Shown here one piece after another: positions 23,501 to 37,070 of a stretch of DNA of 64,000 nt. The translations under genes and the position numbers were made by a program. The number at the start of each line of letters is the position of its first letter. Position 1 is the first letter of the stretch. The notes beneath the pieces were generated by a model that worked only from the letters and a program-made list of their open reading frames with translations, searched no databases and was not told where the DNA came from. Origin of the DNA: Dipteris shenzhenensis (lineage: Eukaryota); the NCBI GenBank assembly GCA_047967505.1, contig CM106538.1. One strand, written 5' to 3'.

Positions 23501-26500
23501 GATACTTATTTTTTATGGTGATTTTATTTAGTGCTCGGTAATCTATGCATAAATGCATAGTACCATCCTTTTTCTTTACCAGTAAAACTGGTGCAGAGCA
23601 AGGTGAGCTACTTGTTTGGATTTGGCCCTTCCTAAGATATTCGGTTAACTGTCTTTCGACGTCATGTTCGTCCATTTGACTAAGCCTATATGGGGGTTTA
23701 CAAATAGGGGTAGATCTAGGAATTATTTATCTATTATATGATCTACTTCTCTCTCAGGAGGTAAACCATCAGGTAAATTAGATGGGAAAACATCTTTAAA
23801 TTCAAACATTAAATCATTGAAAGAAGATTTATACTTTTTAACATTATCAAAAACAACATTACTTTTTTCCGATGCTAACATAAAATCACCAATAAAAGTA
23901 AGTTCACAAAGATATACCTCACATTCTTCTTAGTGTAGTAGTTGTTCCAATTCCATCGAACAAATAAGAGGAGAGTTAGGCACATCATGTTCTCCTTGAA
24001 TCTGGAAGACTCTACCCTCTTTTTCAAACATAATGGAGTTATTAAGATAACTCCTTTGTAAGCTATGCCCAAGACTATATAGCCATTCTCGACCAAGCAC
24101 TACATTTGTTCACTCGAGATGCATGATTTGGAAATCCAAGGCATCCTAATAGCCTTGAATATGCACCTCTACACCATATATCATGGTGTCTCAAACTTTT
24201 TTATCACTGCCCTTTGCCAAAGAGACCACATATTTATGGGCACTAGGACTCTCAAGCAATTTTATTTTCTTAACTAACAAATAGTTCAAGAAATTATGTG
24301 TTGCATTATCATCGACCATCACTCTTACTCTTTGCCCCTTAATTTTTCCATGCATCCTCATTAAATCATGAGGACCAAAGGTGGGCTACCACATTGCCGA
24401 TGATAGACAACACATGTGGTGCTATCCTCATGATAGACCTCTACTTCAGTGTACTTTGTAGTACCATTAAGTAGTAACACTTGCATCGCATGCACTTGTC
24501 TTTGGGGAGGTCTATTTGGGGCTTTAGCTCTCGCTAGTTTATTTTTAGGGCATTCCAAGCAGCATGGTCTTTGCCCAAACATTTGAAGCAAAGATTTTCT
24601 TGCCTGGCCCTTTCATAATCCTCTTTCTTCAAGAGAGGATAATTTTGTGTTTGGGGTTTCTTAGGTGGTGCTTGAGGAACCTCCTTCTTAAAGTGCCCCT
24701 CCCTTTTCAAATTGGGAAATTTATTGAACTTTGGAACAAAACCTATTTGCTTTGAAGTTCCAACTTTGAATTTCCCCGTCATATCATCATATATTTGCGC
24801 ATACTTAATGGCTTCCTCAAAGGTTTTAGGAGAATTTCTTTTCACTTCAACCTTATAAGTGTCTTTAAGACCTCTCACAAAACCCCTTATCTTTTGGAAT
24901 TCATTCCCTTCAACTTAAGGACTGCCTCCCTATAGTTTGCTATGTACTGTATTAGAGTGTTTTTACCCATAGTGCAATTGTCCCAAGCCTCCCACGCTCT
25001 TTCTAATTTATTTTCTGGTAAAAACTCTTTCAAGAAGGCTTGTTCAAACTCAGTCCAATATCTAGGAATTCTATCACTCTCCCTAAGGCTCATCCACCAT
25101 TAATAGGCTTTATTTCCAAGGGAAAGACTTACTTCCACGACTTGATTTTGAGGAGGTGTATTCGAGTGTCAGTGGAAGTCTTGCCACTTTTACAAGAATG
25201 TATTAATCAAATCTTTAATACGCTCTTTTTCGTCCCCATTGAAAATTGGGGGTTTTAAGTCCTTAAGGATGTTCGAGGTTTTTCTAAGTCGAGAGGTGGA
25301 CCTCTCAACTTGATTAGGAGGAATCGGTGATTTTTCAGTAATAGATACCGATTGAGAATCGGCTATCTTAGTTATAGTTTCAGCTAGGGTTTTTAGTGTT
25401 TCATTGATAACTCCTAGCTGTGTTTCTATATTTTGCATTCGAGTTTCAAGTTTATGGAATTCCATATACGGAATTCCATAATCACCGTAGTCTATGTCCT
25501 CCATTTCCACATCTTCCTCTTGATTTTTAGTTTGTACCTCCTCATGTGTTTCCTCTCTGACTAATGCTTTTCCCTTTCTAGCCCTTTCCTCGGCCTCCCT
25601 AATCATACCATCCCTTTTTGGAGTGGTCATTATAAAGACGTATATTTTCCAGAAATTATAAAGCAAAACGCTTTATGTCAGAGAGAAAAATGTGATGCCC
25701 ACTTCCCTAGTATTTGTTCAAGGCATTGGATTCTTCTTGAAAGTGTCTCACTTTCTTTGATTCACACCTTCTCATTTTCTTTCAATTCACAATCTTTTGA
25801 TCCTGCTTCTTCCGTTTCCCTCGATGTAGAACCTTGAACTCCTCGACACCTTCTTCTTCTTCTTCTTTCAATTTGGTGAGGCTAAGGAGTTTTGGAAGAA
25901 GAAGAGGGTAAAAGAAAGGGGGGCTTTAGATTTTAGGGAGGGGTATTAATGCTCTTAATGAGGTGGCTTTTTTCCAAAGATTTCTCAACCTTTGGATGAC
26001 ATGGCTACTGTTACAATTTCCTTTCTTGCTCTCTGTGCAATGATGATGTAGACGCTCGCGGCTTCTTTTCTTCTTCCATGTTCATAAATTCATAAGGCTC
26101 TGGAGTCTCTAACTCTCTCAGAGCATGGCTAATCCAAGTTGTAGCTCATATGGAACCATGGGCAAAGGCGGTAGCAATATTGGGAGGAGGCACAGAAGCT
26201 GAGCTGAAACAGGCGGACGGGGAGAAGAAAAGCAATATAAACTAGGAAGGGAAGAGCATTGAGTAGGAAGAGAGCTGCTAGCGATTATAATAGCACCCAT
26301 GAAATACGGACCCCATTGAATGGTTTACTCGGACTTGCCGAAGCTTTGGGAGCTTGTGAGTGCCATCCTGTCTTTTGGGATCATAATCGTTGATGTTTTG
26401 AGTGACATCCTTGATCTTGCTAGCATGGAGTTTGGTAAGCCATGCACTGTTTGATCGGGTTTATTCCTTTCTTTGGAACCATTGCGACAACAAAGTTTTG

Positions 26501-26927
26501 CTCTACTTAGCTCACAATTTTTACAAGGCTTCCCTCTCATTGGAATAGGGAGCTATGTTTCTGGACTACTTTGCATCGTAATTCTAGATCAACTCGGCTC
26601 TAATACCAGTGTTACAAGACCTTCAAGGGCTCTCTTGGATTCTCCACCCAGCCACGATTCTAGAGTTCTCCCTGAAGCTTCCCTGCTGAACTCTTACCTT
26701 CCATTCCTTCTCTTTTCATGGAGCTTCCCTCTAGAATCTCCCCTGAACCCAATGCTTGCCGCTTGGAGCCCAATTGAGTGCCACATGTCCATAATGGACC
26801 TTAGAACCTTACTGCCCTTTAGGCCTTAATATTGCATTCCCTATTGATGCAAGCACTATTGAGCCCTTTGGTTTCCCGCTTCACCGTAACCACACCAGAC
26901 AATGTCAACATTATGGCTGACGTAACA
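20530..26927 (-). mobile_element. Degenerate near full-length Ty3/gypsy chromovirus
   Basis: 5' LTR 26610-26927 and PBS tggtattagagc 26597-26608. Gag (LKPPIFNG; zinc knuckle LCFKCLGKDH), RT ([33 protein letters not shown]), RNase H (VETDASD), integrase (WETISMDFIVGLP) and chromodomain (ECLVKWKD...LTWE, ~20960-21090). PPT 20918-20930 and 3' LTR 20530-20917. Confidence 0.93.
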
Positions 26928-26929
26928 AC

Positions 26930-28400
26930 TCTTTAGTATGGAGCGTGTTATGAGTAGCATGTAAGAGACTTCTTTTAGTGATGATTGGCTCATAGATTCG
27001 GGAGACATGAACCAGGATGAGATGCCCGATGAGGAGTTTGTTTGTACAGGAGATGATACTATGCACAAGACTACTCATATTGGTGATATTCCTTTGAGGG
27101 ATAAATATGGTGTGGAGAATACTTTGGGATATGTTTTATATTGCTCACAATCACTAAAAATCTTGCTTCTGTTAGTCAAATGGCTGATGAAGACTACCGA
27201 GTGCACTTTAAGAAGTCTGGATGCTTTGTTGAGGAGTTTCATAATAGCAAAGTGGGCAAGATTTTTGCCAAAGGGAAAAAGAGAGGAAGATTGTTCACAT
27301 TTGATGCAAGAAAGTCCTATTTGCAGCAAGATGTGTATGCCAATAATGCTCCCGAACAAGATCAAGAGGTTCAACTTTGGCACAATATACTTGGGCATAT
27401 TAATCATAGATGCTTGCAGGAGATGCAAACCAAAGAATTGGTGAGAGGGTTGCCCATATTTCGTCATTTAGATTTTAGATGTGTATGCCTTGCATGTTAA
27501 TTTGCAAAACAAACAAGGTTTTCAAAGAGGGGGAGAATAAGCGAGTACCCTTTGAAAATAGTTCACTCAGATATTTGGGGACCAACGGATCATGCAACAC
27601 CCAGGGGGGGGAGTAAGATATTATATTACTTTTATAGATGATTATAGTCGGATGACATGGGTCTATTTCTTGAAAGCCAAAAGTGATGCCTTTCAAGTGT
27701 TTTGCCAATTTAAAATAATGATAGAGAAGGAGTTTAGGTTTTGTATCAAGTGCTTTCATATGGACAATGGTGGAGAATTTATGTCCTATGAATTTGATGA
27801 GTTTCTATATGGTCAAGGCATTAAGAGATGTGTTACTTGTAGATATGCTTCTTAACAAAACTCCATTGTGGAAAGAAAAAATAGGGTGATAGTTGACATG
27901 GCTAGAGCCATGATGGATGAGATGTATATGCCATTGATTTTTTGGGCTGAAGTGGTGCATACGGCCATGTATATAATGAATAGAACACCCACGAATGCCA
28001 TACATGGGTTGACACCTTTTGAAAAGCTTTATGGGTACATGAAAACCTTAGCTTATTTGTTGAAAGTGTTTGGCTGTGTTTGTTATGTGCATGTGCCAAG
28101 TGAGATAAGGAAGAAGTTGGAGCCAAGGGCTATAAAATGTGTGTTTTTTTGATACTCAACTGAGAGAAAGGGGTATAAATGCTATGATCCCATCATTGGA
28201 CAAGTATATGAAAGTTGGGATGTGAAGTTTAGTGAGCTTGAAGCATGGGATATGCCCAGACCAATTGTTGTAGAGGATGAGCACATGCCAAAGGTTGAAA
28301 AAATGAAATTACAGCAAGCTGTACCCTCAAGTAAAGTAATCTTAGGACCATCACAACATGAGGAAAGTGTTGATAGTGTGAGCCCATGGGGTGGTATATT
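26930..28400 (+). mobile_element. Ty1/copia protease-integrase fragment, degenerate
   Basis: DWLIDSG, KNLASVSQM, LWHNILGHIN, VHSDIWGP, YYITFIDDYSRMTWVYFLK, DNGGEF, ERKNR, FWAEVVHTA, KVFGCVCYVHVP. No RT present. Confidence 0.9.
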
Positions 28401-29641
28401 GAGGGGAGCAAGCATGTGGACAAAGGCAAGGGTCATTGTTTGCTTGGGTGTAGCCATTTTTGGTGAGGTTCAGGGACTTTTTTGTATATGGGTATATTGC
28501 ATGACCCATAACATTTGCATTGCTCAACGGAATTCGGCAAACTTTGTCTTTTAGTTGTAGTATGCATTTCAGACTTGAACATGAGAGCAAAAAATTATGG
28601 AGTAAGGATTTAGAACGAGACCGTTAGAGCATTACAAGTGCTATGTTACATGTGAAGCATGCATCTTGAAGACTATAGGATATAGAAATTTATTCAAAAA
28701 CATCAAAATTTTATTCTATACATACATGCAACCAAGTAATCATTCTAAAGTACACTATGTGAGCTTCTCCTCAACCCAAGGACACACCTAAATGAGATAA
28801 TTATGCATGGCTTAATGGGCCTCCAATGTTGTGCTAAAGTGATGCATTCCCATTTGAGGGCACGCTCCATAACTTATTTTTGATTTGTTGAAAACCAAAA
28901 CGGATTGAAAATTTGGAATCCAAACTAGTGGGACTAGTGCATGGTGGTCTTAAAACATTGATAGTTATTGGTATTGGTATCTAGATTCACCCTAAAATGG
29001 AAGGACTTGGAAAAGTCCAATTTGTGCATGTGAAAATATATTTTAATAAATCCAATGCTATTTATAATTTTGAATTGTTTCTTTTTCCATGCACTTGCTT
29101 TCTATATGGCTCATAAGAATGCCAAAGGTCATTGCATTTAATAATACACAACACCAAATCCAATAGCATGCCCTTTGGCCTATTTGTGTTTTTAAGCATT
29201 TTAGGCCACATTGCACTTGTTTGGGATATCCAATTCTACTAACGTGTATCTGGAGGAGGGAAAACCGATGGCTGAAATTTTGCTACTCACACAAATTTAA
29301 ATTTTCACACCTCCGTCCCATCAAATCTTGGAAGATTAAGTACCTGCGATATCATTAACTGATTATTCAGTGGCCAAATTGCACATCATTTGATTTCACA
29401 CACACATGCCATCATTGTAAAGCCTATTTGGCTATTTTTCAGCATTGTGCACATCATATCAAGCCTTATAAAGCCTCTTGGCTATTCCTAGCATCATTTG
29501 CCACACAAGCCTTGTAATAGATTGGATTATATATTGCAGTTTTATCTTCATTGACAGTTCATATTTCACTTGACACAGTCAGTGTTTTACATTTGATTCA
29601 GAGAGTGATTTCACATACAATTTGAGTGCATTTCTTGCACC

Positions 29642-29730
29642 ATGTCTATGACTAGCAACCTCAATTTGGAGGCATCTACTAAGCTAGACAACTCCAATTA
29701 TGGCACATGGAAGTACCAAATGTTAAAAAT
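29642..29730 (+). mobile_element. Ty1/copia gag N-terminus stub
   Basis: MSMTSNLNLEASTKLDNSNYGTWKYQML matches the KL.x.NY..W...M copia gag start, then breaks off. Confidence 0.5.
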
Positions 29731-30012
29731 GGCTAACTGCTTAAATGCCTAAATGCCTTTTCTCTTATTCTTTTAACATGTTTCTAAATTATGCTTACTC
29801 ACGTCTTCCATATGTTCTTTTGCTTATTTTACACAAAATAGGCACCTTTTTTTGGGGGCGGGGGATGAAATCCCAAACCCCACACACACACACCCGCCTT
29901 CGACGGGACTTGCAAACTCTTACCACAGCCATTACACATGTGTGCGTGCTTTTTGTGTGCATGTATATATGTGTGTATGTGTATTGCATACGTGTACGCA
30001 TGTGTATGTGTG

Positions 30013-30340
30013 TGGTAGTCCAAGAGCTTGTGGTAGTTCATGAGTACGGAAAAGTCCAAGAGTCCAAGGGTTGTAATCCAAGAGGTAGTGATAGCCTAAG
30101 AGTCCAAGGGTGGCACGTGGCATAGTTCAAGAGCCTGTGGTAGTCCAAGAACTTGTGGTAGTCCAGAAGCCGTAGTCCAGAGCCCGTGGTAGTCTAAGAG
30201 TCCAAGGGTGGTAGTCCAAGAGCTTGTGGTGGTTCATGAGTCCGTAAAAGTCCAAGAGTCCAAGCGTGATAATCCAAGAGTCTAAGGGTTGTAATCCAAG
30301 ACGTATTGATAGTCCAAGAGTCCAAGGGCACATGGCAGCA
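30013..30340. repeat. AGTCCAAG-based minisatellite with higher-order repeat
   Basis: Many (gt)agtccaaga/g units. The block at 30013-30122 is repeated from 30209. Confidence 0.85.
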
Positions 30341-30821
30341 TTTCCTAAGCTCTTCTTCATTAAGCCGCCACGTGTCAAAAACGTCTTTTTTTTGGGGGGG
30401 GTCTATGGGTAGTAGGTAGAATAGACATACATACATACATACTATAAATAAATAAATATATCATGCATAACCAAATTATGCAAATTGTCAAGAAGTTCTT
30501 AGAAATCAGTTGCAACTTTAAAAAAATGGTGAAGTTGAGAAAATAAAAGCGCTTTATCTGAGAGCCTAGAGGGAGAGATACATGAGCACTTTCGAAAAGC
30601 CCCTCTAAGCTTTGCATGCCACCTTAATTATTGTGAGCTTGACAAAACCTAATATTAGGGGGAGGTCCCCACATCCCATGATGTAAGCTCGAGGAGTCCT
30701 ATGGTTGAGTGGCGAGTTCCAAAATGGTGCGTCATGGTTTGTCAGCACAATCTTTGGTTCAATGGAGCTATACTAGGGGTCAAACCCCAACTTAAAGTTG
30801 TGTTAGTTGTGACTTCCATGA

Positions 30822-33800
30822 TTACGCATGGACTTTAAGTCGATAAATCCATTTGCATGACAGTACTTTCTTACCAGTAGGCAAGGGTACCAATTCCCAA
30901 GTGCCATTTTTGTGAAGACTGTCCATTTCAGACTTCATAGCAAGATCCCATTGAACCTTGTCTGCCCTCTGCCTAGCCTCTCTGTAGCATGAAGGCTCTC
31001 CACAATCAGTGAGCATTAGATAATCAAAGCCAGGAATAAATCTGTCTGGCTGCCGTGTCGATCTGGTTGACCTTCTAACCTGATGACCATCATCATGAGG
31101 TGGCTGTCTAGCCTGTTCATCACCCAGTTCTGGCTGCATTTGCATGTCAGGAAGATCATCTAACTATGGTACATCCATTGGGATATCATCTGCCATATCT
31201 GGCTGTCCATTTGGACCTGCTACAGCATCATTTAATGGCTGATTATGCTGCTGTTGTGGCTGATTTACAGCTGGTCTGTGTTGCCCATGATGCTTGTCAT
31301 CATCAATAGTTACTTTTAAAGGTCCCTGTTGTACAACAGGTTCCTTGAACATGATGGTTTCATCAAACACGACATCATTGTTGCGTATAAGTTTTCTGTT
31401 TGTGGGATCCCATAGTCTGTAGCCCATCTCACCTTTGTCACCATACCCTAGGAAAATGCATTTTAGAGACTTTGGATCTAATTTAGTCCTGTCCTCCTTG
31501 CGTACATGCACATACACGACACAACCAAAGACCCGTAGGTGTTTGTAAGACGGAGGCTTACCCGTCCATGCCTCTTCAGGCACACCACCACATAATCTCT
31601 TATTCGGTGACCTATTTATAAGGTGCACAGCTGTCTTTACAGCTTCAGCCCAAAAAGTGTGGGGCAACGCAGCATGTGACAACATAGATCTGACCTTTTC
31701 TTGAATGGTCCTGAACATTTTCTCAGCGGTACCATTCTGTGGTGGATCATACGGTGCAGATAACACCCTTTGAATGCCCTTTGCCTCACAGAATTCCTGG
31801 AACTCTTTGGACAAATACTCTCCACCATTGTCAGACCTCAAAGCTTTTAGTTTCTTGCCTGTCTCATTTTCGACCAGTGCAACAAACTTAGTGAAAGCAG
31901 TAAAGGTATCACTCTTTCTTTTAAGAGTGTAAACCCACACTTTGCGGGTGGCATCATCTATAAATGACAAAATGTACTTTGCTCCTCCTAAAGATACAGT
32001 AGGCATCTCACATACATCGGTATGGACAAGCTCCAAGAGCTGTAATTTCTGATTTGATGCCCTCTTATGAGGAATCTGTACTTGACGACCGTAGAGACAA
32101 AATTCACATTTCTTTAAATCTGAAAATTTTAGACTCGGCAAGTAACCAAAATGAGCCAGTTGCTCCATTCCCTTAACACTCATATGGCCAAGCCGGCTAT
32201 GCCACAATGAAATCTTTGGCAGCTCGGCGGCATTTACATCGGAATGCGGACAATGTCCTGCATGAAGTGAATACAAAGTATCAAGTTTAGGACCTCTGGC
32301 TATAGCCATTGCCCCTTTGCTGATTTTCCACTTCTGATTACCAAAGGTGGTATGATAACCATCGTCATCCAACAACCTTGTGGAAATCAAGTTCTTCTTT
32401 ACCTCAGGAACATGCCTGACCCCTTTGAGCATTACCTGCTGGCCATTCTCAAGAACAAGCTTGACATCACCTATGCCAATGATGGAACATGCATGGTTAT
32501 CACCAAGAAAAACAACTCCCTTTTGCCCACCTGCATATCTGACAAACAGATCTCTGTAGGGTGTCACATGAAAGGAAGCACCTGAATCTATAATCGAGGA
32601 AAGCATATCTGATCCATCTCCAGCATGAAGTGTATGAGCCTTCAGTGATGAAGTGAAGCATACCTCACGTCCACTGTCACTGTCACTAACATAAGTAACA
32701 TGCAGCTCCTCTTTTTCTTTGCCCTTTGACTTGCCTTGAGCCTTGCCTTCTTTGGCTCTTTCGTCGTTCTTTTTCTGAAAACATTTTTTCTCTACATGTC
32801 CCTTCTTGCCACAATAATTGCAGACAAGATCTTTCTTCGAGCGGGACTTGCTCCTTTCTCTTTCTTTGTCTTTACCACGTGTCTTTGACCTGCTGCGTGC
32901 ATTCAAGGCATTTGACTTCCCAACAGCATTATTCTTTCTATTCATCTCTTCCTATAGAAGAGCGCTCTCCACCTCTGCAAATAATAGTATGGTATTCGAA
33001 TTGCTGGTAGAAGTCCTGAATGTATCCCATGACTCAGGAAGAGAACATAGGATAAGTGTAGCCTTCAGCTCATCATCGAGCTTCAACCCTTGGTTGATCA
33101 CCTGGCTGAAAATGCTGTTGAACTCAATAATATGAGTGGACATAGGTGTCCCCTCCTTCATCTGAAGCCCAACAAGCTTCTTCAACTAGTAAGCTTTGCC
33201 CGTGGCACTTTTCTTGGCATATGTATCCTCAAGACACTGCCACATTCTCCACGCAGTAGGTTCATCTCTGATGCCTACAACCAGTGAATCAACAACTGTA
33301 AGCATTATGGTTGACATGGCCAAGTTGTCATCTTCTCCCACTGCTCATCAGTAATGTTGGAGGGCTTAACACCCTTCTCCTTTATAGGTTTGTACTGGTC
33401 CTTCTGCATCAACACATTGTAGCATTGTGTCCTCCATATGTCGTAGTTTTTAGCTCCTTCGAGCTTCTTTATCTGGAACAAGGACGACACGTCGCTGCTA
33501 GAACTCATGGTAAAGAAAGAAGAGTTTGTTCCTCAATGGAACTGCCTGACTCCCTGTAGGTGTGCAATTAAGCACTAGTCACTCCAAGAAAATTCTCCCG
33601 CGGCGGAAGTACGATCAAAAGTCAACTGTTTCAGTGGCACAAAACCAATTGAATATTCTTCTCCCACTTGCTGCAGAAACAGTACAGCTCTGCTGTTTTG
33701 ACTGGCGAAAATGCAGTACAGCTGCGTATAAATGCTCCAGAAAAATTCGAGAATTGATATAATAATTTACAGCTGCACTATTTGAATTCTGCTGGTCAAA

Positions 33801-35324
33801 ATCAGGTCAAACCTGCTGTGTGACAGTCCCAGACTGTCAAAAAAAAACAATAAATCTCTGATTTTTTGATGAAAATCCCTGATTTTAGACCTCTAAATGC
33901 TCCAGTAACTTCCCCCCCAACTGAATATACAATCTAGAGGTGAAGTGGCTCAAAAGCCCTCTGAATGCGTGAAGATAATCAGAGATTTGATCGTAAAACC
34001 TGATAATTTTGACTTTTGACCAAAAAACCTCTAATTCATTTTGCACTTTCAAGGCATAGATGCACTCCACGAGACAAGAGAATGCATCCTGAGTACTCTC
34101 ACTAGACAAATTGTTGGTCAGGCTACAAAAGCCCCAATTTGACAAAAGTCAAAGTTGGACAAAATTGAACAAATCTGCCCCAAAAGTGAATGTACTCACA
34201 GCAACAAATTACAGCAGTAATTCCAAGCACTATAGCATCATAAGCCCCATAAACTGACAGCACATTCCGTGCACTAACACAGTAAGTGTCATCAACAACT
34301 GCTACTCACAAGGCATTTGACTACATATCCATTTGGGTTGCATCCAACATAGCATACGCTGCAAGTATCAAGCACAGATCTGCCCAATGCATACACTCAG
34401 TGCCAACACTGATGTACAATCACTGGCCAAGTGATAAGACTTGTCTCGACACTGTTTACGGCATAAGCTAAGCCTCAGTGCGAGTGTAAGCCATGCCACA
34501 AGTAGAACCCCTGCACCTGTACGTGTATATGCGCAGTACGTGGTACAAGGAAATGAAAATGGCAGGAATGGAAAGTACAATGCAAGTAATATAGAGTACC
34601 TGGCTAATGTGCCAATGGCAAAATGTGAGGAGCAGCTCTCAAAACCAGAAATGAGCAGCCCACAGCAACTGGAAGAGGACTGCTTAGACTGTGGTCAGCC
34701 ACAATAGCAGCAACTAGCGATGTTGATCTCAGAAAAGGAGCAGCAGCTTTAGAACATCTATCACATAGCTGCCAGGTACTCACAGAATGCAGCCTCGACA
34801 TTTCATGCCTTCCATCCTTCTGAAGCCTCTGCTGAACTCCTTAAGCTGGCTGTTGGTGATTGCGCTAGCGGAAATGTTGACTTTTCTAGCTCTGCCTACC
34901 CAAAATGCCTGTGTCAGGTCATTTTCCCTTCCTAAAGGATACGGCTACAGGAGAGGTGATGGCTTCTCCAGAAAAATATCTGAGTTGGAGGATACGTTGT
35001 TCGATGTGCAGGACGCAGTTTCACCGAAGAGGAGAGCTCGTGAGGATGGAGGGGATGAGGGGAGGGAGCCTTTGCTCTGATACCAATTGACGAAGAACCG
35101 GAGTGAGTAGGAGTAGGGAGTGAGGAGAGGAGACACACCCACAGTAGACACCAATAGGTGGGGATAAACAATGAGTGGTACATCCCCAAGTACACACAGT
35201 AGTATATATATATCTTTGGATAAGGCTAGGACCACTAGGCACTAAGTACAATGCATACTTAGTGTACTTAGCAGTACTAGACTAAAAACTGTTACATAGG
35301 GTGGCCAGTGCCTTTACCCCAACA
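30822..35324 (-). mobile_element. Ty1/copia element, 5' LTR to start of RT, 3'-truncated
   Basis: LTR ~35088-35324 and PBS tggtatcagagc 35074-35085. Gag from 33508 (KLEGAKNYDIW; LCSLPESW; CNYCGKKGHVEKKC), protease IIDSGASFH, integrase (LVHTDVC, SDNGGEY, FWAEAVKTA) and RT start (WELVPLP...CKWIYRLK) ending at 30822. Confidence 0.93.
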
Positions 35325-35951
35325 TACTGCAGGTTGTACATTGAGGTCGATGGCTAGCGTTGCACTATCTTGGATCAACCCGAGTTGCTGGAACGATGGT
35401 GGTTGGTGCTGCATTTTTGCGGGCTTTGGCTGTCGAGCTTGTTGGCTGTGAGGCTGCAGGTCCACCATTGTGTGGAACTCGATGATGGAGCCGCAAGAGC
35501 CACACAAGCTTGTAGGAGGCTTTGGATGTTGCACTGCGTGTTGATTGTGGAGCTCGTTCATTGCAAGTGTCGTCTCAGGCTATTGGAGCGCTATTGGACG
35601 TTGCACTGCGTGTTGATTGTGGACCTCGTTCATTGCAAGTGTCGTCTCAAGCTATTGGAGTGGGCTTGGCTTCTCGCTATGAAGAGGCTTACAGGATGCA
35701 GAAATCCAGTTACATCTGAAGCTCGTTTGGAAGGCCTTTCTCTTGCATATAGTTGCAGAGTTGCCTATGTTGGAGCTGAGCTTTGAAATTGGCTATTTTT
35801 GGAGTCGATATGAAAGGTCTTTGCTAGAACTTGTTGTAGAAGAGAACATTCCTCATGAAGAAGAAGAACTAAGAACCAAAACAATAGCAGAGAACTCGTA
35901 AAGTTCTCTTAATCAAATAAACCTCTATCTCTTTCTCACATGAATGAATAT

Positions 35952-35999
<48 letters not shown>

Positions 36000-36509
36000 A
36001 CTAACTACCTCTTTTCTCTCACTCGAACTAGTAGAGCTTCGGGCTCTTTCTCTCAAATCTCAGACTCTCTCACAATGGAAATCTCTCAAGAACAATGACG
36101 GAAATTTCTTTCAAATGGATGGATGAAGATCTCTCACCGGAAGTGGACTCTCATGGAGAACACTCAAGAGAACTCTCAATCTCATAATCTCTCTCACACT
36201 CTCAACAAGGTGGATGGTGCCTCAACGGAAGGTAGAATCATGCTCTGATACCATGACAAAATATGAAGAGGGGAGAGGAGAAGAGTGGAGATGAGGAGAG
36301 AGGGCACAGCTAGAGAGCACACCACAAATGACTAACTATAACTAGATTTAGTTGAAAAAATAGAATATATACGAACCCTTTTAGGGTTAGGGTTAGGGGA
36401 TCCAACCCTTTCCTTTATAGCAGTCTATAAGCTTAGTGCTATGCACATATGATCACGTGATGGTGCTATGCACACATGATCACATGATGTTGAGCATGAA
36501 CTCTCAACA
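35325..36509 (-). mobile_element. LTR (36254-36509), PBS (36242-36253) and leader of a second LTR-retrotransposon family (family B); no coding region visible
   Basis: TG...CA-bounded LTR followed by tggtatcagagc; homologous to 55491-55731. The leader contains (CT)n at 35956-35997 and a 72 bp tandem duplication at 35522-35660. Confidence 0.85.
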
Positions 36510-36519
36510 AAAGGGCCAA

Positions 36520-37070
36520 GCATGGGAAGTGCTTATATGGCTTGGTGGATTGTTGAGAGGGACATTTTGAAGGAAGATGCAAGGCCAGAGGCGAAGCTGG
36601 ATACAGCATGACTAAACAAACTGCATTGCAAAAGATGGTGTAAAATTGATGGAATCAAGCTCACAACTCTTTGCACTATGCCACCCATATATTAGATCCG
36701 CAATGGTGGGAATATCATACGATAGATTATGCAGTCATGGCATGATCTTCTTGGATGTTTCTTTGAGGATAGGACAAAGTGTGCCTCTACTGTTAAGGAA
36801 CTCTTAACTTTTCAAAATAGAGAAGGATTGTTTGCCTATCCAAGAATCAAAGAATTAGCAAAATACATGCCAACATGGAGATGGTGGGAAGAGTGTGAAG
36901 CATCCATGGCTCATTTGCAAGCCTTGGCCATGAAGGTGTCTTCACAACCTTGTAGCAACTCCTCTGGAGTAACTATAAGTTTGTGCATTCCATCACAAGG
37001 AACCGCTTGACCTCGGAAAGATTGAAGAAGTTGGTTTACCTCTATGCGAATGGTAGAGTGCTAGATGATG
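36520..37070 (+). mobile_element. hAT transposase C-terminal (dimerisation domain) remnant
   Basis: HYATHILDP...PTWRWWE...LQALAMKVSSQPCSNSS, then FVHSITRNRLTSERLKKLVYLYAN after a frameshift. Confidence 0.85.

Noticed and set aside
30013-30340. CRISPR-like array
   Set aside because: No constant repeat with unique spacers and no cas genes; it is a eukaryotic minisatellite.
36379-36399. Interstitial telomere or chromosome fusion scar
   Set aside because: Only about three units, and they lie inside an LTR.
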